Of a stretch of DNA of 62,486 nt, positions 19,055 to 29,316 are shown one piece after another. Source of the stretch: Planctomycetota bacterium (GTDB lineage Bacteria > Planctomycetota > Planctomycetia > Pirellulales > Pirellulaceae); contig JAEZAS010000509.1 of assembly GCA_023430365.1 (NCBI GenBank), forward strand, positions 1 to 62,486, written 5' to 3'. The position numbers and the translations under genes were made by a program. The notes beneath the pieces are model-generated. The model searched no databases. It was given only the letters and a program-made list of their open reading frames with translations, and was not told the DNA's origin. Each line of letters opens with the position of its first letter. The stretch's first letter is position 1.

Positions 19055-20449
19055 ATGGGTTTCATGTTTCAAGCCTGGCGATACAAACTGCGGCAGGCTC
19101 AAGTCGCCCTGGACGACGGGAGACTTGAAGAGGCCAGCCGAATGCTGCAGGAGGGGGATCTGCCGTCCTACCTTCCCGCTCAGCAGATGCTCGGCGAAGT
19201 GGCCGGCCGGATCGGCCAGCGGGGCGTTGAAAAAGCACGCACGGGAGATTGGCAGGCGGCGTGGCGCGACCTCGAAGCCGCCCGGCAGTTGCAGGGAGAA
19301 TCGACCGGCTGGCTGCAATCGCAGCAGGCGATTGTCGATGTCGTGATCGCCGCCGCCGTCAAACACCTTCAGGCTGGCGATGTGTCTGGGGCCGGGACGC
19401 TGCTCGATTCGCTCCACCGCCGCAACCTGGCCGCTTCGGCGGTGCAGGAACTGCGCGAAGTGGCCCGCCGGGTCGAGTCAGCCCAAAAGCTGGCCCAGCG
19501 AGGCAAGTTTTCGGACTGCGAAACGCAACTCGCCGCCGCGGCGCAGCTTCGCCCGGACTTGAAGCAACTCGATGAGCAGCGAGAGCTCTGCCGGCAAAAG
19601 GGAGAACGCTATCGGACTCTCCACGAGCAGCTCCATCGCGCCATGGCCGCCGAAGACTGGACGGAGGTCCTCCGGCGGGCGGATGAGGTTCTGGAACTCG
19701 CCCCTCAATGTCGCGTGTCGCGTGAGGCCCGGCGCAAGGCCTGGAGCCAGGTCGGCGCCAAAGTGCCCGATTCCCAGCGGCTCGGCCTGACGACGCCCTG
19801 GAACGGAGCTCTGGGGGTTCCGACAGCGGATCAAAGGCGCGACGAAGCTCCCCACCGGCGTTCGCCGCGATTCCTGATGTGGATCGACGCGGTCGGCGGC
19901 TACCTGGTCTGCCTCGGAGACGAAGTCGTCATTGGCCAGGCGGGTCCCGCCGGCCGGGCCGATATTCCCGTTCAAGCCGACATTTCCCGGCAGCATGTGA
20001 AGATCGTCCGCCAAGGCGAAGGCTATCTGATCGAGCCTCTCGCCGGCCCGGTTAACCTCAGCGGCAAGCCGATCTCATCCGCCGCCCTCCTCACGGATGG
20101 CGCAGAAATCGAACTCGGAACCGCCGTCCGGCTGCGTTTTCGCAAACCACACGCTCTCAGTGCGTCCGCCCGGCTCGAGATCGTCAGCCGGCATCGGACT
20201 CAGCCCTTCGCGGACGCGATCCTGCTGATGGCTGAGTCGTGCGTCCTGGGCCCGAAACGGCAGAACCACGTCGTCTGCCGCGACTGGTCGGGCGATGTGG
20301 TCCTCTATCGCAACGACGGCAAGCTCTTCTGCCGGGCCATGGAATCAATCGAAATCGACGGTCAGCTGCACACCTCGCGCGGTCCGGTGGAACCAACCTC
20401 GCGCATCGTGGGTACCGACTTTACCGTGAGCCTTGAGCCCCTCGCCTGA
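19055..20449 (+). CDS. FHA-domain protein with an N-terminal helical/TPR-like region
   Basis: C-terminal FHA core YLVCLGDEVVIGQAGPAGRADIPVQADISRQHVKIVRQGEGYLIE ... GAEIELG. Start moved to the ATG at 19055 because the ORF start is the translation of repeat b. Confidence 0.75.
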   Translation: MGFMFQAWRYKLRQAQVALDDGRLEEASRMLQEGDLPSYLPAQQMLGEVAGRIGQRGVEKARTGDWQAAWRDLEAARQLQGESTGWLQSQQAIVDVVIAAAVKHLQAGDVSGAGTLLDSLHRRNLAASAVQELREVARRVESAQKLAQRGKFSDCETQLAAAAQLRPDLKQLDEQRELCRQKGERYRTLHEQLHRAMAAEDWTEVLRRADEVLELAPQCRVSREARRKAWSQVGAKVPDSQRLGLTTPWNGALGVPTADQRRDEAPHRRSPRFLMWIDAVGGYLVCLGDEVVIGQAGPAGRADIPVQADISRQHVKIVRQGEGYLIEPLAGPVNLSGKPISSAALLTDGAEIELGTAVRLRFRKPHALSASARLEIVSRHRTQPFADAILLMAESCVLGPKRQNHVVCRDWSGDVVLYRNDGKLFCRAMESIEIDGQLHTSRGPVEPTSRIVGTDFTVSLEPLA

Positions 20450-20973
20450 CCCCGCAGCCGGGGCGTAACACGCCCCGGAGAAAGGCGGCAGGAGGATTGC
20501 TTCCAGGTAGAGCACAGAGAGGAGAGTTCAGAGAGCAGAGAGCAGAGAGCAGGGGAGGATGACGCCAGAGTTTGAGGGTCGAGGCGCTAGGGCTAGGAGC
20601 ACCCGCTAGCGACACAATTCCGGAGCCCTCGGTTTGGCCGCTGAAAAACTGGCGATTGCGGGGGTGTTATCCGTTGGTTTCGCTTGCGGTAAAGCCCATA
20701 ACCATCCGGGGTTAAGCGCAATCTGGCGAAAACCAGATGAAACTTTCCAAGAAAAACAAGCTGACAACGAAAACCCTTAAGCCCGGCGAGTGTCTAGGCT
20801 GATGGATGATCTTCCAGCCGATTTGCCGAACTTAGGGCTGTGCGACGACATGGCGCCCAGCAGGGGAAACTGGACAAATGATTCGAGATGCCGCTACTTT
20901 AGAAGCAGGCGTCCCGCAACAGGGCGGATCGCCCAACGACTTTTCTCCGCCTGCCGCTCCTCGCGGGGGTGTC

Positions 20974-22953
20974 ATGAAGTTTCTCTATGCCAGTGGCTCG
21001 CGGCCGCTCGACGGATACACGATCAAGCGTGGCATCGGCCGGGGTGGTTTCGGCGAGGTCTACTTTGCGACTAGCGATGCCGGCAAAGAAGTTGCGCTCA
21101 AGCACGTTGAGCGGAACCTCGATGTCGAGCTGCGCGGCGTCGGCCAGTGCCTCAACCTGAAGCACATCAATCTGATCGACCTGTACGACGTCCGTTACGA
21201 CGACCAGGGAGAAGCCTGGGTCGTGATGGAATACGTCGCGGGCGAAAGCCTGAAAGACGTCATCGACCGCAATCCGACCGGCCTGCCGCTCGAAGAGGTC
21301 GATCACTGGTTCCGCGGCGTGGCCGCTGGGGTGCGCTACCTGCACGATCACGGCATCGTGCACCGTGACCTGAAGCCGGGCAACATTTTCGAAGACAGCG
21401 GCATCGTCAAGATTGGCGACTACGGCCTCTCGAAGTTCATCTCCTGCAGCCGGCGGAGCGGTCAGACGGAGAGCGTCGGCACGTTCCACTACATGGCCCC
21501 CGAAATCGGCAAGGGCTCGTACGGCAAAGAGATCGACATCTACGCCCTGGGCATCGTCCTGTACGAAATGATCACCGGCCGGGTTCCCTTCGAGGGGGAG
21601 AGCAGCCAGGAGATCATCATGAAACACCTGACAGCCGATCCTGACCTGTCGGCTGTCCCCGCCGAATATCGTTCGCTGATCCAGCGAGCCATGCAGAAGG
21701 ACCCCGAGAAGCGTTTTCACGACGTTTCGGAGCTCGTCGAGCTGCTGCCGGTTCCGGGAATGGCTCAGCCGGTTGCGGCCGTCGTCACTCCCGTGGCTTC
21801 CGTGGGCGCCGCACGCGCGCAGCGCCGTGAAGCGGAGTTTCGCACGCCGCCGATCTACATCGGCGACGACGAACGCGAAATCCTGATGGGTCCCGTCCGT
21901 CCGGTGGTCAATCCACGTTCGGTCAAGAACGGCGCTCCTCCGCCGCGCGTTGTTTTGGCGCGAAATGCCAAGAATGAAGAGCCGATCGCGAAAGCCTTTA
22001 AAGAGAACTGGTCGAGGCTTTCCGGTTGGTGGAACACCGGCCCGATGGCGATGCCGATCAAGATCGTCGTTCTCGTCGGCGTATTGCTGCTGGGCGTGTT
22101 CCACGCCGCCTGGCTGGTTCCGCTGGCGCTGACGCTCGCCGCCGTTTACGTGGTGTACCTGGGAATTCGGATGGTTGCTGACACGCTCAACGCTTCGCCC
22201 GCCGCTGTGGCGGTTGGGCCGACGCCTCAATATCGCAGCGAAGGCTGGCGCACGCTCTCCGCCGAGCAGCAAGGTCGGGCGGCGCTGCGGATGCGCACCT
22301 TTGGTGATCGGGCCGCGGAACTGAGCGGGTCGATGCTGGCGGCGGCGCTGAATTCGGCGGTGCTGACCGTCATCATGCTGGTCCTGACCAACAACCCGAT
22401 CGACGGCAGCATGTCGACGATTGGCGGAGGGGTCTGGCTGTGGCTGGTCACGACGATGTGCGCTTGGGCCGTCCTCGTTGCCGGCAAATTCATGGAAAGC
22501 TCGTCCGGGGAACAAATCCGCCGGCGTTTTGCGATGCTCGTGGTCGGCATGTTGCTGGCGCTCGTGGCGTTTAGCCTCAGCCAGTATCTGATGGTCGACA
22601 TGGTGACCATGCTCGACAGCGAAGTTGCCCGCTATCCACGCTGGCAGCGAGGCATGCTCGAGTCGGGGACTGGAGCCCCGCTGCTCCCCGCCTACCTGGC
22701 GTTCTTTGGCGCCGTGTTTGGCACGGTCGGCTGGTGGAAACAAACCGATCCACTGCGGAGCTCTCGCCTGGTGGTGGGTCGGCTCATTACGACCGGCGTG
22801 ATTGGCCTGATCTGGATGCAGATCTGGCCGTTCCCTGGTCCGTGGGGATATTTCCTGCCCGTGGCGACTGCCATCGCCGTGCAGCTTTCGTCCCCGTGGT
22901 TGAACAAGCAGGAACGGGCCGCGATGCGGCAGCGTTTTCAGGAGGCAAGGTGA
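20974..22953 (+). CDS. Ser/Thr protein kinase fused to a C-terminal polytopic membrane domain
   Basis: Hanks kinase motifs GIGRGGFGEVYFA, VALK, HRDLKPGNIF, DYGLSK, APE, then 7-8 hydrophobic helices. Confidence 0.85.
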   Translation: MKFLYASGSRPLDGYTIKRGIGRGGFGEVYFATSDAGKEVALKHVERNLDVELRGVGQCLNLKHINLIDLYDVRYDDQGEAWVVMEYVAGESLKDVIDRNPTGLPLEEVDHWFRGVAAGVRYLHDHGIVHRDLKPGNIFEDSGIVKIGDYGLSKFISCSRRSGQTESVGTFHYMAPEIGKGSYGKEIDIYALGIVLYEMITGRVPFEGESSQEIIMKHLTADPDLSAVPAEYRSLIQRAMQKDPEKRFHDVSELVELLPVPGMAQPVAAVVTPVASVGAARAQRREAEFRTPPIYIGDDEREILMGPVRPVVNPRSVKNGAPPPRVVLARNAKNEEPIAKAFKENWSRLSGWWNTGPMAMPIKIVVLVGVLLLGVFHAAWLVPLALTLAAVYVVYLGIRMVADTLNASPAAVAVGPTPQYRSEGWRTLSAEQQGRAALRMRTFGDRAAELSGSMLAAALNSAVLTVIMLVLTNNPIDGSMSTIGGGVWLWLVTTMCAWAVLVAGKFMESSSGEQIRRRFAMLVVGMLLALVAFSLSQYLMVDMVTMLDSEVARYPRWQRGMLESGTGAPLLPAYLAFFGAVFGTVGWWKQTDPLRSSRLVVGRLITTGVIGLIWMQIWPFPGPWGYFLPVATAIAVQLSSPWLNKQERAAMRQRFQEAR

Positions 22954-22958
22954 GCGTC

Positions 22959-23948
22959 ATGTGGTTGGTTGTCACCGTGATTGGATTGCTGGGCTGCATG
23001 GCGTTTGGCGCCTGGCCGCTGGTGGTCTGCCGTCAGCTCGCTCCCGTGTGGCGCGGGGCAGTCGGAACGCTCTGCGTGCTGGTCGGTACGGTCGTGTTCG
23101 CGGGCGTCTGCTCGGCCAATGCTTGGGCGGATAGCGGCGAGGCGAAGGCCGAAAGCGGAGAGCAAAATACGGAAAGCGGCGACGCCAAGGCCGATTCGAA
23201 GGAAGCTGACATTCCTGATTCCGCTCCTTCGTCGGCGAGCGACTCCGATCCGTACAAACCGGGCGCGAAGGTGGCTGAAAAGGAATCGGCTGAAGATGGC
23301 GGCAGTGCTTCCGCAGCCGAGCTCACCCCGTCTGCAAAGACGGTGGTCGAATCGAGCGACGCAATTGAGATCGAAACGGCGCCGGAGGGAGTCATCATCC
23401 CGCCTGGACGGCCGAGCTGGGTGGAAGCTCCGCCGATGCACGTCGGCGAGCTTCACACGACGGCCGTTTCGTCCGGTCCCTTTGCGCGGGCCCAGGACTG
23501 CTGGCGGGAGTTCGACAACCAGCTTGTCGAGGCGACCAACGAGTACATCGCCGAGCACTTGGGGCAGTCGTTCGCGACTCAGTTCATCCGTTACGACGCC
23601 AAAACCATTCGTACGCGTTTGCTCAAGCCCGAGAACATCTACCACGAGCAGATCGTGGTTTCGATCGGTCCCATGCACCAGGTGCACGGCCTGCTGGAAT
23701 TCACACCGGAGTTTCGCAGCGAACTCGACCAGCGCTGGGCGCAGGTCACGCGCTATAGCCGCCTGTCTCAAGTTGGCCTGGGATCGTTTGCGTTGCTGTC
23801 GCTGCTGAGCGTGGTGTTCGGCTATTTCCGCCTCGACAATGCAACGCGAGGCTACTACACGGGACGCTTGCAGTTCCTAACGGCGGCGGCGATACTAGCC
23901 ATCGTTGGTGTGGGAGTCGTTGCCGCCCGCTGGGTGGTGTGGATGTGA
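22959..23948 (+). CDS. Membrane protein with an acidic Ser/Asp/Glu-rich region and a C-terminal TM pair
   Basis: ATG 5 nt after the kinase stop (AGGAGG upstream); two N-terminal TM helices, acidic low-complexity region, conserved-looking C-terminal block with two TM helices. Confidence 0.55.
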   Translation: MWLVVTVIGLLGCMAFGAWPLVVCRQLAPVWRGAVGTLCVLVGTVVFAGVCSANAWADSGEAKAESGEQNTESGDAKADSKEADIPDSAPSSASDSDPYKPGAKVAEKESAEDGGSASAAELTPSAKTVVESSDAIEIETAPEGVIIPPGRPSWVEAPPMHVGELHTTAVSSGPFARAQDCWREFDNQLVEATNEYIAEHLGQSFATQFIRYDAKTIRTRLLKPENIYHEQIVVSIGPMHQVHGLLEFTPEFRSELDQRWAQVTRYSRLSQVGLGSFALLSLLSVVFGYFRLDNATRGYYTGRLQFLTAAAILAIVGVGVVAARWVVWM

Positions 23949-23949
23949 C

Positions 23950-23977
23950 CGTAGGGCAAGCTTCCAGCTTGCCCGCC
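23950..23977. repeat. Hairpin repeat family f, variant copy
   Basis: CCGTAGGGCAAGCTTCCAGCTTGCCCGCC. The stem GGGCAAGC/GCTTGCCC is changed in a compensatory way relative to GGGTAGGC/GCCTGCCC; the loop TTCCA is conserved. Confidence 0.55.
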
Positions 23978-24156
23978 CTCTCCGCTCCCTCTCCTTTGAG
24001 AGAGGGCTGGGTTGAGAAAGGCTCACAGATCTCAGCTCATTCTGCTTCGCAGAGCAAGTCGCGGCTCATACCTCTCTCACCCTGACGCTCTCCCAAGGGG
24101 AGAGGGAACCAGACTCCCAAGCCGCTCATCGCACGTTCCGGGAAGCGTCCAGAGGT

Positions 24157-24798
24157 ATGACCGCTTCGCAAGCCGACTCGCTTCTGATCGCCCGCATTCG
24201 TCAGGGGGACGACGAGGCTTGGAACGACCTGATCGCCCGTTACGAGGGTCGGCTTTTGGCCTTCGTCGAAAGCCGCATTGGCCGGCGCGGCCCGAGCGAA
24301 GACATCGTTCAGGAATCGTTCCTCGGCTTTCTCAACAGCCTGCCGAACTTCGACGGCAAGCGGCCGCTCGAGAGCTATCTGTTCTCGATCTGCGCCTACA
24401 AACTGACCGACCACCTGCGTCGAGAGGGTCGCCGACCTGCGGTGCCCATGTCGACAGCCTCCGACACCTCCGGTGACTGGCAGTTGCCGGGGCAGGGGAG
24501 AGGCGCCAGCAGCATCGCCCGCAGCGGCGAGCGAAAGAAACTCGAAGAGAAGGCCCTGGTCGATGCCCTGAACGAGCAGATCCAGCGCTGGCGGCAGAAG
24601 GGGGAATGGACCAAGCTCCGGTGCGCGGAGCTGCTGTTCGTCCGCGGCTGGGCGAACAAGGACGTGGCCGAAGAACTCGGCCTGACCGAACAACAGGTGG
24701 CGAACTACAAGTTCGATTTCATCGCCCGCCTGCGATCGCTGGTGAAGAAACAGGAACTGTCGGCAGAGGTGTTTCCGGAGTTGTATGAGGGCGAATGA
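24157..24798 (+). CDS. ECF (group 4) sigma-70 family factor
   Basis: Region 2 (DIVQESFLGFLNSL..YLFSICAYKLTDHLRR) and region 4 HTH (LRCAELLFVRGWANKDVAEELGLTEQQVANYKFDFIARLR). Confidence 0.8.
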   Translation: MTASQADSLLIARIRQGDDEAWNDLIARYEGRLLAFVESRIGRRGPSEDIVQESFLGFLNSLPNFDGKRPLESYLFSICAYKLTDHLRREGRRPAVPMSTASDTSGDWQLPGQGRGASSIARSGERKKLEEKALVDALNEQIQRWRQKGEWTKLRCAELLFVRGWANKDVAEELGLTEQQVANYKFDFIARLRSLVKKQELSAEVFPELYEGE

Positions 24799-24876
24799 CG
24801 AGTGACCAAATCCGAATTATCAATCAGGTCGCCGAAGTATCCATTGGTCATTCGTGCTTCGTCATTCGTCATTTCG
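24793..24876. repeat. Family b inverted-repeat element, copy 2
   Basis: GAATGACGAGTGACCAAAT ...spacer... TCCATTGGTCATTCGTGCTTCGTCATTCGTCATTTC, between the ECF sigma gene and the AIM24-like gene. Confidence 0.6.
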
Positions 24877-24907
24877 CCCGAGCTTGCTTAACAGTACAGG
24901 ATCATCC

Positions 24908-25612
24908 ATGTCGCGCTACACCCTCCACGAGTTCGTCAACAAGACGCAGCAACAGGATCGCCAGCATGGGCTCTTCGAGCTCGAAAGCCCGCGAATGCTC
25001 GAGGTGAACCTCAACAACTCGATGGTCTGGATGAAGACGGGCGCCATGAAGGCGTACGTCGGCCAGATCAAGTTCGAGCGCGAGGGGATGCTGGAGCACG
25101 GAATCGGCAAGTTCCTGAAGCGGGCGGTCACCGGCGAAGGCACCAGGCTGACCAAGGCGACCGGAGTTGGACGGATGTACCTGGCCGACGAGGGGAAGAG
25201 CATTCAGATCCTGCAATTGCAGGGTGAATCGCTCTACGTGAACGGCAACGACCTGCTGGCGTTCGAGCCGTCGCTGAAGTGGGACATCACGATGATGAAG
25301 AAGCTTTCGGCGGTGATCGCCGGCGGGCTCTTCAACGTGCGGCTCGAAGGAGTCGGCATGGCGGCGATCACCACGCATCACGAACCGCTCACCCTGATGG
25401 TCACCCCTGGCCAGCCGGTGCGAACCGATCCGAACGCGACGATTGCCTGGTCGGGCACGCTGCAGCCGGAATTCCGCACCGACATTTCGTTCAAGACGCT
25501 GATCGGCCGGGGAAGCGGCGAATCGATTCAGATGGAATTCAACGGCAGCGGTTTCGTCGTGATTCAGCCGTTCGAAGAGACCATCGCCGCCCACGCGACG
25601 GCGGGGGGCTGA
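24908..25612 (+). CDS. AIM24-family (TIGR00266/DUF124) protein
   Basis: Characteristic repeated beta-rich blocks: GQIKFEREG, LTKATGVGRMYLADEG ... LKWDITMMKKLSAVIAGGLFNVRLEGVGMAAITTHHEPLTL, GSGFVVIQP. Confidence 0.7.
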   Translation: MSRYTLHEFVNKTQQQDRQHGLFELESPRMLEVNLNNSMVWMKTGAMKAYVGQIKFEREGMLEHGIGKFLKRAVTGEGTRLTKATGVGRMYLADEGKSIQILQLQGESLYVNGNDLLAFEPSLKWDITMMKKLSAVIAGGLFNVRLEGVGMAAITTHHEPLTLMVTPGQPVRTDPNATIAWSGTLQPEFRTDISFKTLIGRGSGESIQMEFNGSGFVVIQPFEETIAAHATAGG

Positions 25613-25789
25613 GGAGCGGAGTTTTCGCTCGGCGGGGAGTGAGTGGTCACTCACGCTGCTGGCGATGAGCGGAGGCGAGGCGGTGTTGCGTTGCACGCTT
25701 CCCTCCCCCCTGGCCCTCTCCCGAAGGGAGAGGGGATTGAGTTGGTGATTTTCGGCTGTTATTGCAAAAACCTAAGCCCAGCGACTGAC

Positions 25790-26200
25790 ATGGCCCCTCG
25801 CATCACCTCCGCCGATCTCGAAGCGTATCTCGACGAAGTGCTTTCGGCGGCCGAGATGAGCACGATCGAGAGTGCGATCCGGGCCAATCCAGACCTGCTG
25901 AAGCAGCTGGCGATCATCAACGGCCGGCGGGACGCGGGGCTGCATTCGGTCGGAGAGATCTGGCGTCGGCACCGGCTCAGTTGTCCGACGCGTGAGCAGC
26001 TCGGCAGCTATCTGCTGGGCGTGCTCGACAGCGAACATGCCGACTACATCGCCTTCCACTTGGAAAAGATCTCCTGCCGCTTGTGCCAGGCGAATCTCGA
26101 AGACTTGCAACGGCACCAGCAGGAGAGCGGCGAGGTCGTGCAGACCCGCCGGACGAAGTACTTTCAGTCGACCGCCGGGCACTTGCGGCGGGAGCGATAG
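25790..26200 (+). CDS. Small putative zinc-finger regulatory protein (possible anti-sigma zf-HC2-like)
   Basis: HRLSCPTREQL and HLEKISCRLCQ Cys/His pairs; 136 aa; located two genes after the ECF sigma gene. Confidence 0.35.
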   Translation: MAPRITSADLEAYLDEVLSAAEMSTIESAIRANPDLLKQLAIINGRRDAGLHSVGEIWRRHRLSCPTREQLGSYLLGVLDSEHADYIAFHLEKISCRLCQANLEDLQRHQQESGEVVQTRRTKYFQSTAGHLRRER

Positions 26201-26209
26201 GCCTTTCGG

Positions 26210-27457
26210 CTATTTCTTCGCTTTGCCGCTCTTGCTGAGAAAGCCGAGCCAACCGCCACCGCTCTTGGTGGCTGTCGCCGGGGCGGCATTCGGATCGGGA
26301 TTGTCGCGAAGCCGGTCCGATTTTTCTTCGCCGGAGAGCGCCTCGGCGAGCGTGACAATCGCCTGGGTGATGCTCGCCCTCGGGGCCTGCTCAATCAGCG
26401 GCACGCCGTTGTTGCGCACGTCGACCATCGTGCGATAGTCGTTCGGCAACTGCCAGAAGATTTCGCGGCCCATCGTTTCCTGGGCCTTCTTCAGGCTGAT
26501 GGGTCCGCTGTCGAGACCGACGCGGTTGACGACCACCTTGGTCTTGTCCTTCAGGCCGTCCACTTCGTTGAACGACATCATCAATCGCACGACATTGCGC
26601 AAGCAGGGCAAGTCGAGTTGCGATACGAGCAGCACGTGCTTCGACGCCTGCATCGCCACCATGTCAATCGGCGTGTAGCTCTTCGACAGGTCGATGATCA
26701 TGTGCGTGAACGTCGCCTTGAGCAGGCCGAGCACGCGAGTCAGATCCTCGGGCGTGATGTGCGAGGTGTCCTGCAGTTGCACCGGACGGGGCAACAGGTA
26801 CAGGCCCGAGGCGTGCTTCGTGAGCGATCGCTTGAGGAGCGTGAAGTCGAGGCGCGTGATGTTCTGCGCCACATCGACCAGCGTATAGTCGGGAATGGTG
26901 TCGAGGAAGATGTCGGCGTCGCCCAGGGCGAGGTCGAGATCGACGAGCACCACCGAATTGCGCTGATCGGCGGCCAGCACACAGCCGAGGTTCACCGCCA
27001 GGCTCGTGCTACCCACGCCCCCGGTGGCGCCGGCCACGGCGACCACATGACAGCTTCGGCTGCGGCCATCGCCGCCGCCAAACTTCTGATTGCTGATCCG
27101 GTCGAGCGCGGAGACCAGATCTTCGACGCGTACCGGCTGGATCAGAAATTCCTTCGCCCCGGCCCGCATGGCCCGCAGCACGATCTGGCCGTCGGACGAG
27201 CTGCTGACGACCAGCACCGCGCACTCGGGAGAGTTGGCGTGCAGGTTCTCGATCAGCTTCAACCCCTTATCGGGATTGGCGTCGATCGACACGACGCCGA
27301 TGTCGGGCTTCGTCTGGGCGACGACGTCGGCGAAAAACTCGTAACGCGAGCACTCTGCCTCCAGCCAAACGACGTCCATCCCCAGCAACATGTTCTTAAG
27401 CGCGTTGCGGGTCGTGTCGGTTGGGTCGACGATGGCGAGGCGAAGAACGTTGCTCAT
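26210..27457 (-). CDS. cpaE: Tad pilus assembly ATPase-like protein CpaE/TadZ (receiver domain plus MinD/ParA-like domain)
   Basis: N-terminal CheY-like fold (LAIVDPTD...) and deviant Walker A AVAGATGGVGSTSLAVNLG. Confidence 0.8.
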   Translation of the reverse strand: MSNVLRLAIVDPTDTTRNALKNMLLGMDVVWLEAECSRYEFFADVVAQTKPDIGVVSIDANPDKGLKLIENLHANSPECAVLVVSSSSDGQIVLRAMRAGAKEFLIQPVRVEDLVSALDRISNQKFGGGDGRSRSCHVVAVAGATGGVGSTSLAVNLGCVLAADQRNSVVLVDLDLALGDADIFLDTIPDYTLVDVAQNITRLDFTLLKRSLTKHASGLYLLPRPVQLQDTSHITPEDLTRVLGLLKATFTHMIIDLSKSYTPIDMVAMQASKHVLLVSQLDLPCLRNVVRLMMSFNEVDGLKDKTKVVVNRVGLDSGPISLKKAQETMGREIFWQLPNDYRTMVDVRNNGVPLIEQAPRASITQAIVTLAEALSGEEKSDRLRDNPDPNAAPATATKSGGGWLGFLSKSGKAKK

Positions 27458-27550
27458 CGTTACCTGAAGGAAAGGCGGCTGACTTGGAAAGAAGCAAAGG
27501 CCGCGGCAAAAATTGCCACGGCGCAGTCAGGCGAGATTACGCCCCGAAAC

Positions 27551-29251
27551 CTATTTTAGATCGTCATATCCGAGCGGTCCGATCAACGTGGGTTGCCCCA
27601 CTGCAGCGGGTTTCTGAGCCGTCGTGCTGGGTTGGTAGCGGCTAGTCGGATTTTGCGTGGCAGTCGGCCGCATGTCGCCGACCGTGGTCCGCGTCGCCGA
27701 GACCGGTCGAGTCACGGCGCTTCGCATCGGCTGCTGCGCCTGAGTGCCGTAGCCAGGCGTGCGCCGGGCGTTGGCATCGGCGGCTGGAACGGGTTGACCG
27801 GGCGGCAGCGTTTCGTACGCGGGTCCGTGATGCATTTCCGGATAGGCCGGCACACCACCCGGATGGGGACCGCCGCAGTCGCCGTCCTTGCAGGGGCTCT
27901 TCGGCGTTTCGATGTAGCCGCGATAGTAGAGCTCCACGTCGGTGGGCGAGCTGGTCAGCTGACCCGGACCACACGGGGGCACTTCACAGGGGTCCATGGC
28001 TTCCGCGAATTCGGGCGTCACCATGATGACCAATTCCACTTCGTTGTTGCGTTCGGTGACGCGGCGGAACGGGGCGCCGAACCACGGCACATCCGCAATC
28101 CACGGCAAACCCTTGTTCTGCGACTCAGTGCGGTTGTAGACGAGACCGGCGATCGCCAGGGTTTGGCCCGCCTTCATTTCGACGCCCACGTCGGCCCGAC
28201 GCTGACGGAAACCAGGAACCACCGAACCGCCGACCGTCACCGACAGGCTGTTGTCGAGCTCCGTGATCTGCGGGCGGACTTCCAGGCGAACGACGCCGTT
28301 GCCAAGCACGATCGGCACGAAGTCGACTTGCGTACCGAACTCGCGATATTCGATTGTCACGGTGCCAAGGCTCTGCGGCACCAGCACCGGAACTTCACCA
28401 CCGACGTTGAAGCTCGCCGGCCGGCCGTTCAGAGTGGTGAGGGTCGGTTCGGCCAGCAACTTGGCCAGATCGTTCTGCCGCAGGGCTTCGAGGAAGCCGT
28501 AGAACTGCGTGTTTCCGTCGACGATGCCAAAGCGGACGGTCGAGGGTCCGCCGGCCAGGTCGCCCGCGTTGTTGATCAAGCCGCCAACGCCCTGCGAGAA
28601 GAAAGCCTGCTCGCCGAGCACCGCCCAGTCGAAACCGAGGGTCCGCAGCTTCGTGCGAGAAACTTCCATCACCTTCACATGCAACAGGACCTTCTGCACG
28701 CCGCCGACTGTCATGTTGTTGACGATCTTGGGGAAGTAATCTTCCGCGACGCGGACGATGCTGCCGACCATCTCGGCCTTGGGCACGAAGCCCGAGATGT
28801 ACAAGCTGCTATTGAGGGGCCGCAGGCGGAGCGAGGCGTCGGGAAATTCCGTCTTGAGAACGAGCTCCAGTTCCTGAACGTCGCCGAGGATGACCAGGTC
28901 GATCGAGGTCACCTTGCCGTCCATGTCCCAGACGTTGAGCTGCGTAACGCCCGCTTTCACCGCCGAGAGTTGAATCGAGTTCGGCGAGACCGGAATCACC
29001 CGCACGAGGTCGGGGTTGTTCACCAGCATCTTCGGCACGTCGAATTCGAACTCGAGCACCCGGCTGGTGTTCACGGTCATGTCCAGGCGTTCGGCGGGGC
29101 CGTTCACCTTGAACTTGACCGACGGAGGCGCCGCATCCTGGGCGGTCGACCTGGCGACTGGTGCGATGCCGAGCAGCGCGAGGACCAGTGCGGCGATCAG
29201 GGGCCGGCGGCCCATGGGCGATGAGAACAACATCCGTGTAAATCCTTGCAC
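27551..29251 (-). CDS. cpaC: Tad secretin CpaC/RcpA with a Pro/Gln-rich C-terminal extension
   Basis: Signal peptide; BON/secretin-N region; secretin core GQTLAIAGLVYNRTESQNKGLPWIADVPWFGAPFRR ... ELVIMVTPEF; ~150-aa Pro-rich tail. Confidence 0.8.
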   Translation of the reverse strand: MQGFTRMLFSSPMGRRPLIAALVLALLGIAPVARSTAQDAAPPSVKFKVNGPAERLDMTVNTSRVLEFEFDVPKMLVNNPDLVRVIPVSPNSIQLSAVKAGVTQLNVWDMDGKVTSIDLVILGDVQELELVLKTEFPDASLRLRPLNSSLYISGFVPKAEMVGSIVRVAEDYFPKIVNNMTVGGVQKVLLHVKVMEVSRTKLRTLGFDWAVLGEQAFFSQGVGGLINNAGDLAGGPSTVRFGIVDGNTQFYGFLEALRQNDLAKLLAEPTLTTLNGRPASFNVGGEVPVLVPQSLGTVTIEYREFGTQVDFVPIVLGNGVVRLEVRPQITELDNSLSVTVGGSVVPGFRQRRADVGVEMKAGQTLAIAGLVYNRTESQNKGLPWIADVPWFGAPFRRVTERNNEVELVIMVTPEFAEAMDPCEVPPCGPGQLTSSPTDVELYYRGYIETPKSPCKDGDCGGPHPGGVPAYPEMHHGPAYETLPPGQPVPAADANARRTPGYGTQAQQPMRSAVTRPVSATRTTVGDMRPTATQNPTSRYQPSTTAQKPAAVGQPTLIGPLGYDDLK

Positions 29252-29316
29252 TAGCGTGTTGGCATTCCATGCCTACGCCTGCCGCATCCGTGGCAGGCGC
29301 TGTTGCACCCGGGTGG

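Noticed and set aside
20899-22743. 614-aa minus-strand ORF
   Set aside because: Antisense to the Ser/Thr kinase, which has unambiguous Hanks motifs.
26618-27559. 313-aa plus-strand ORF
   Set aside because: Antisense to cpaE.
27593-29224. 543-aa plus-strand ORF
   Set aside because: Antisense to the CpaC secretin; His/Arg-rich, no domains.
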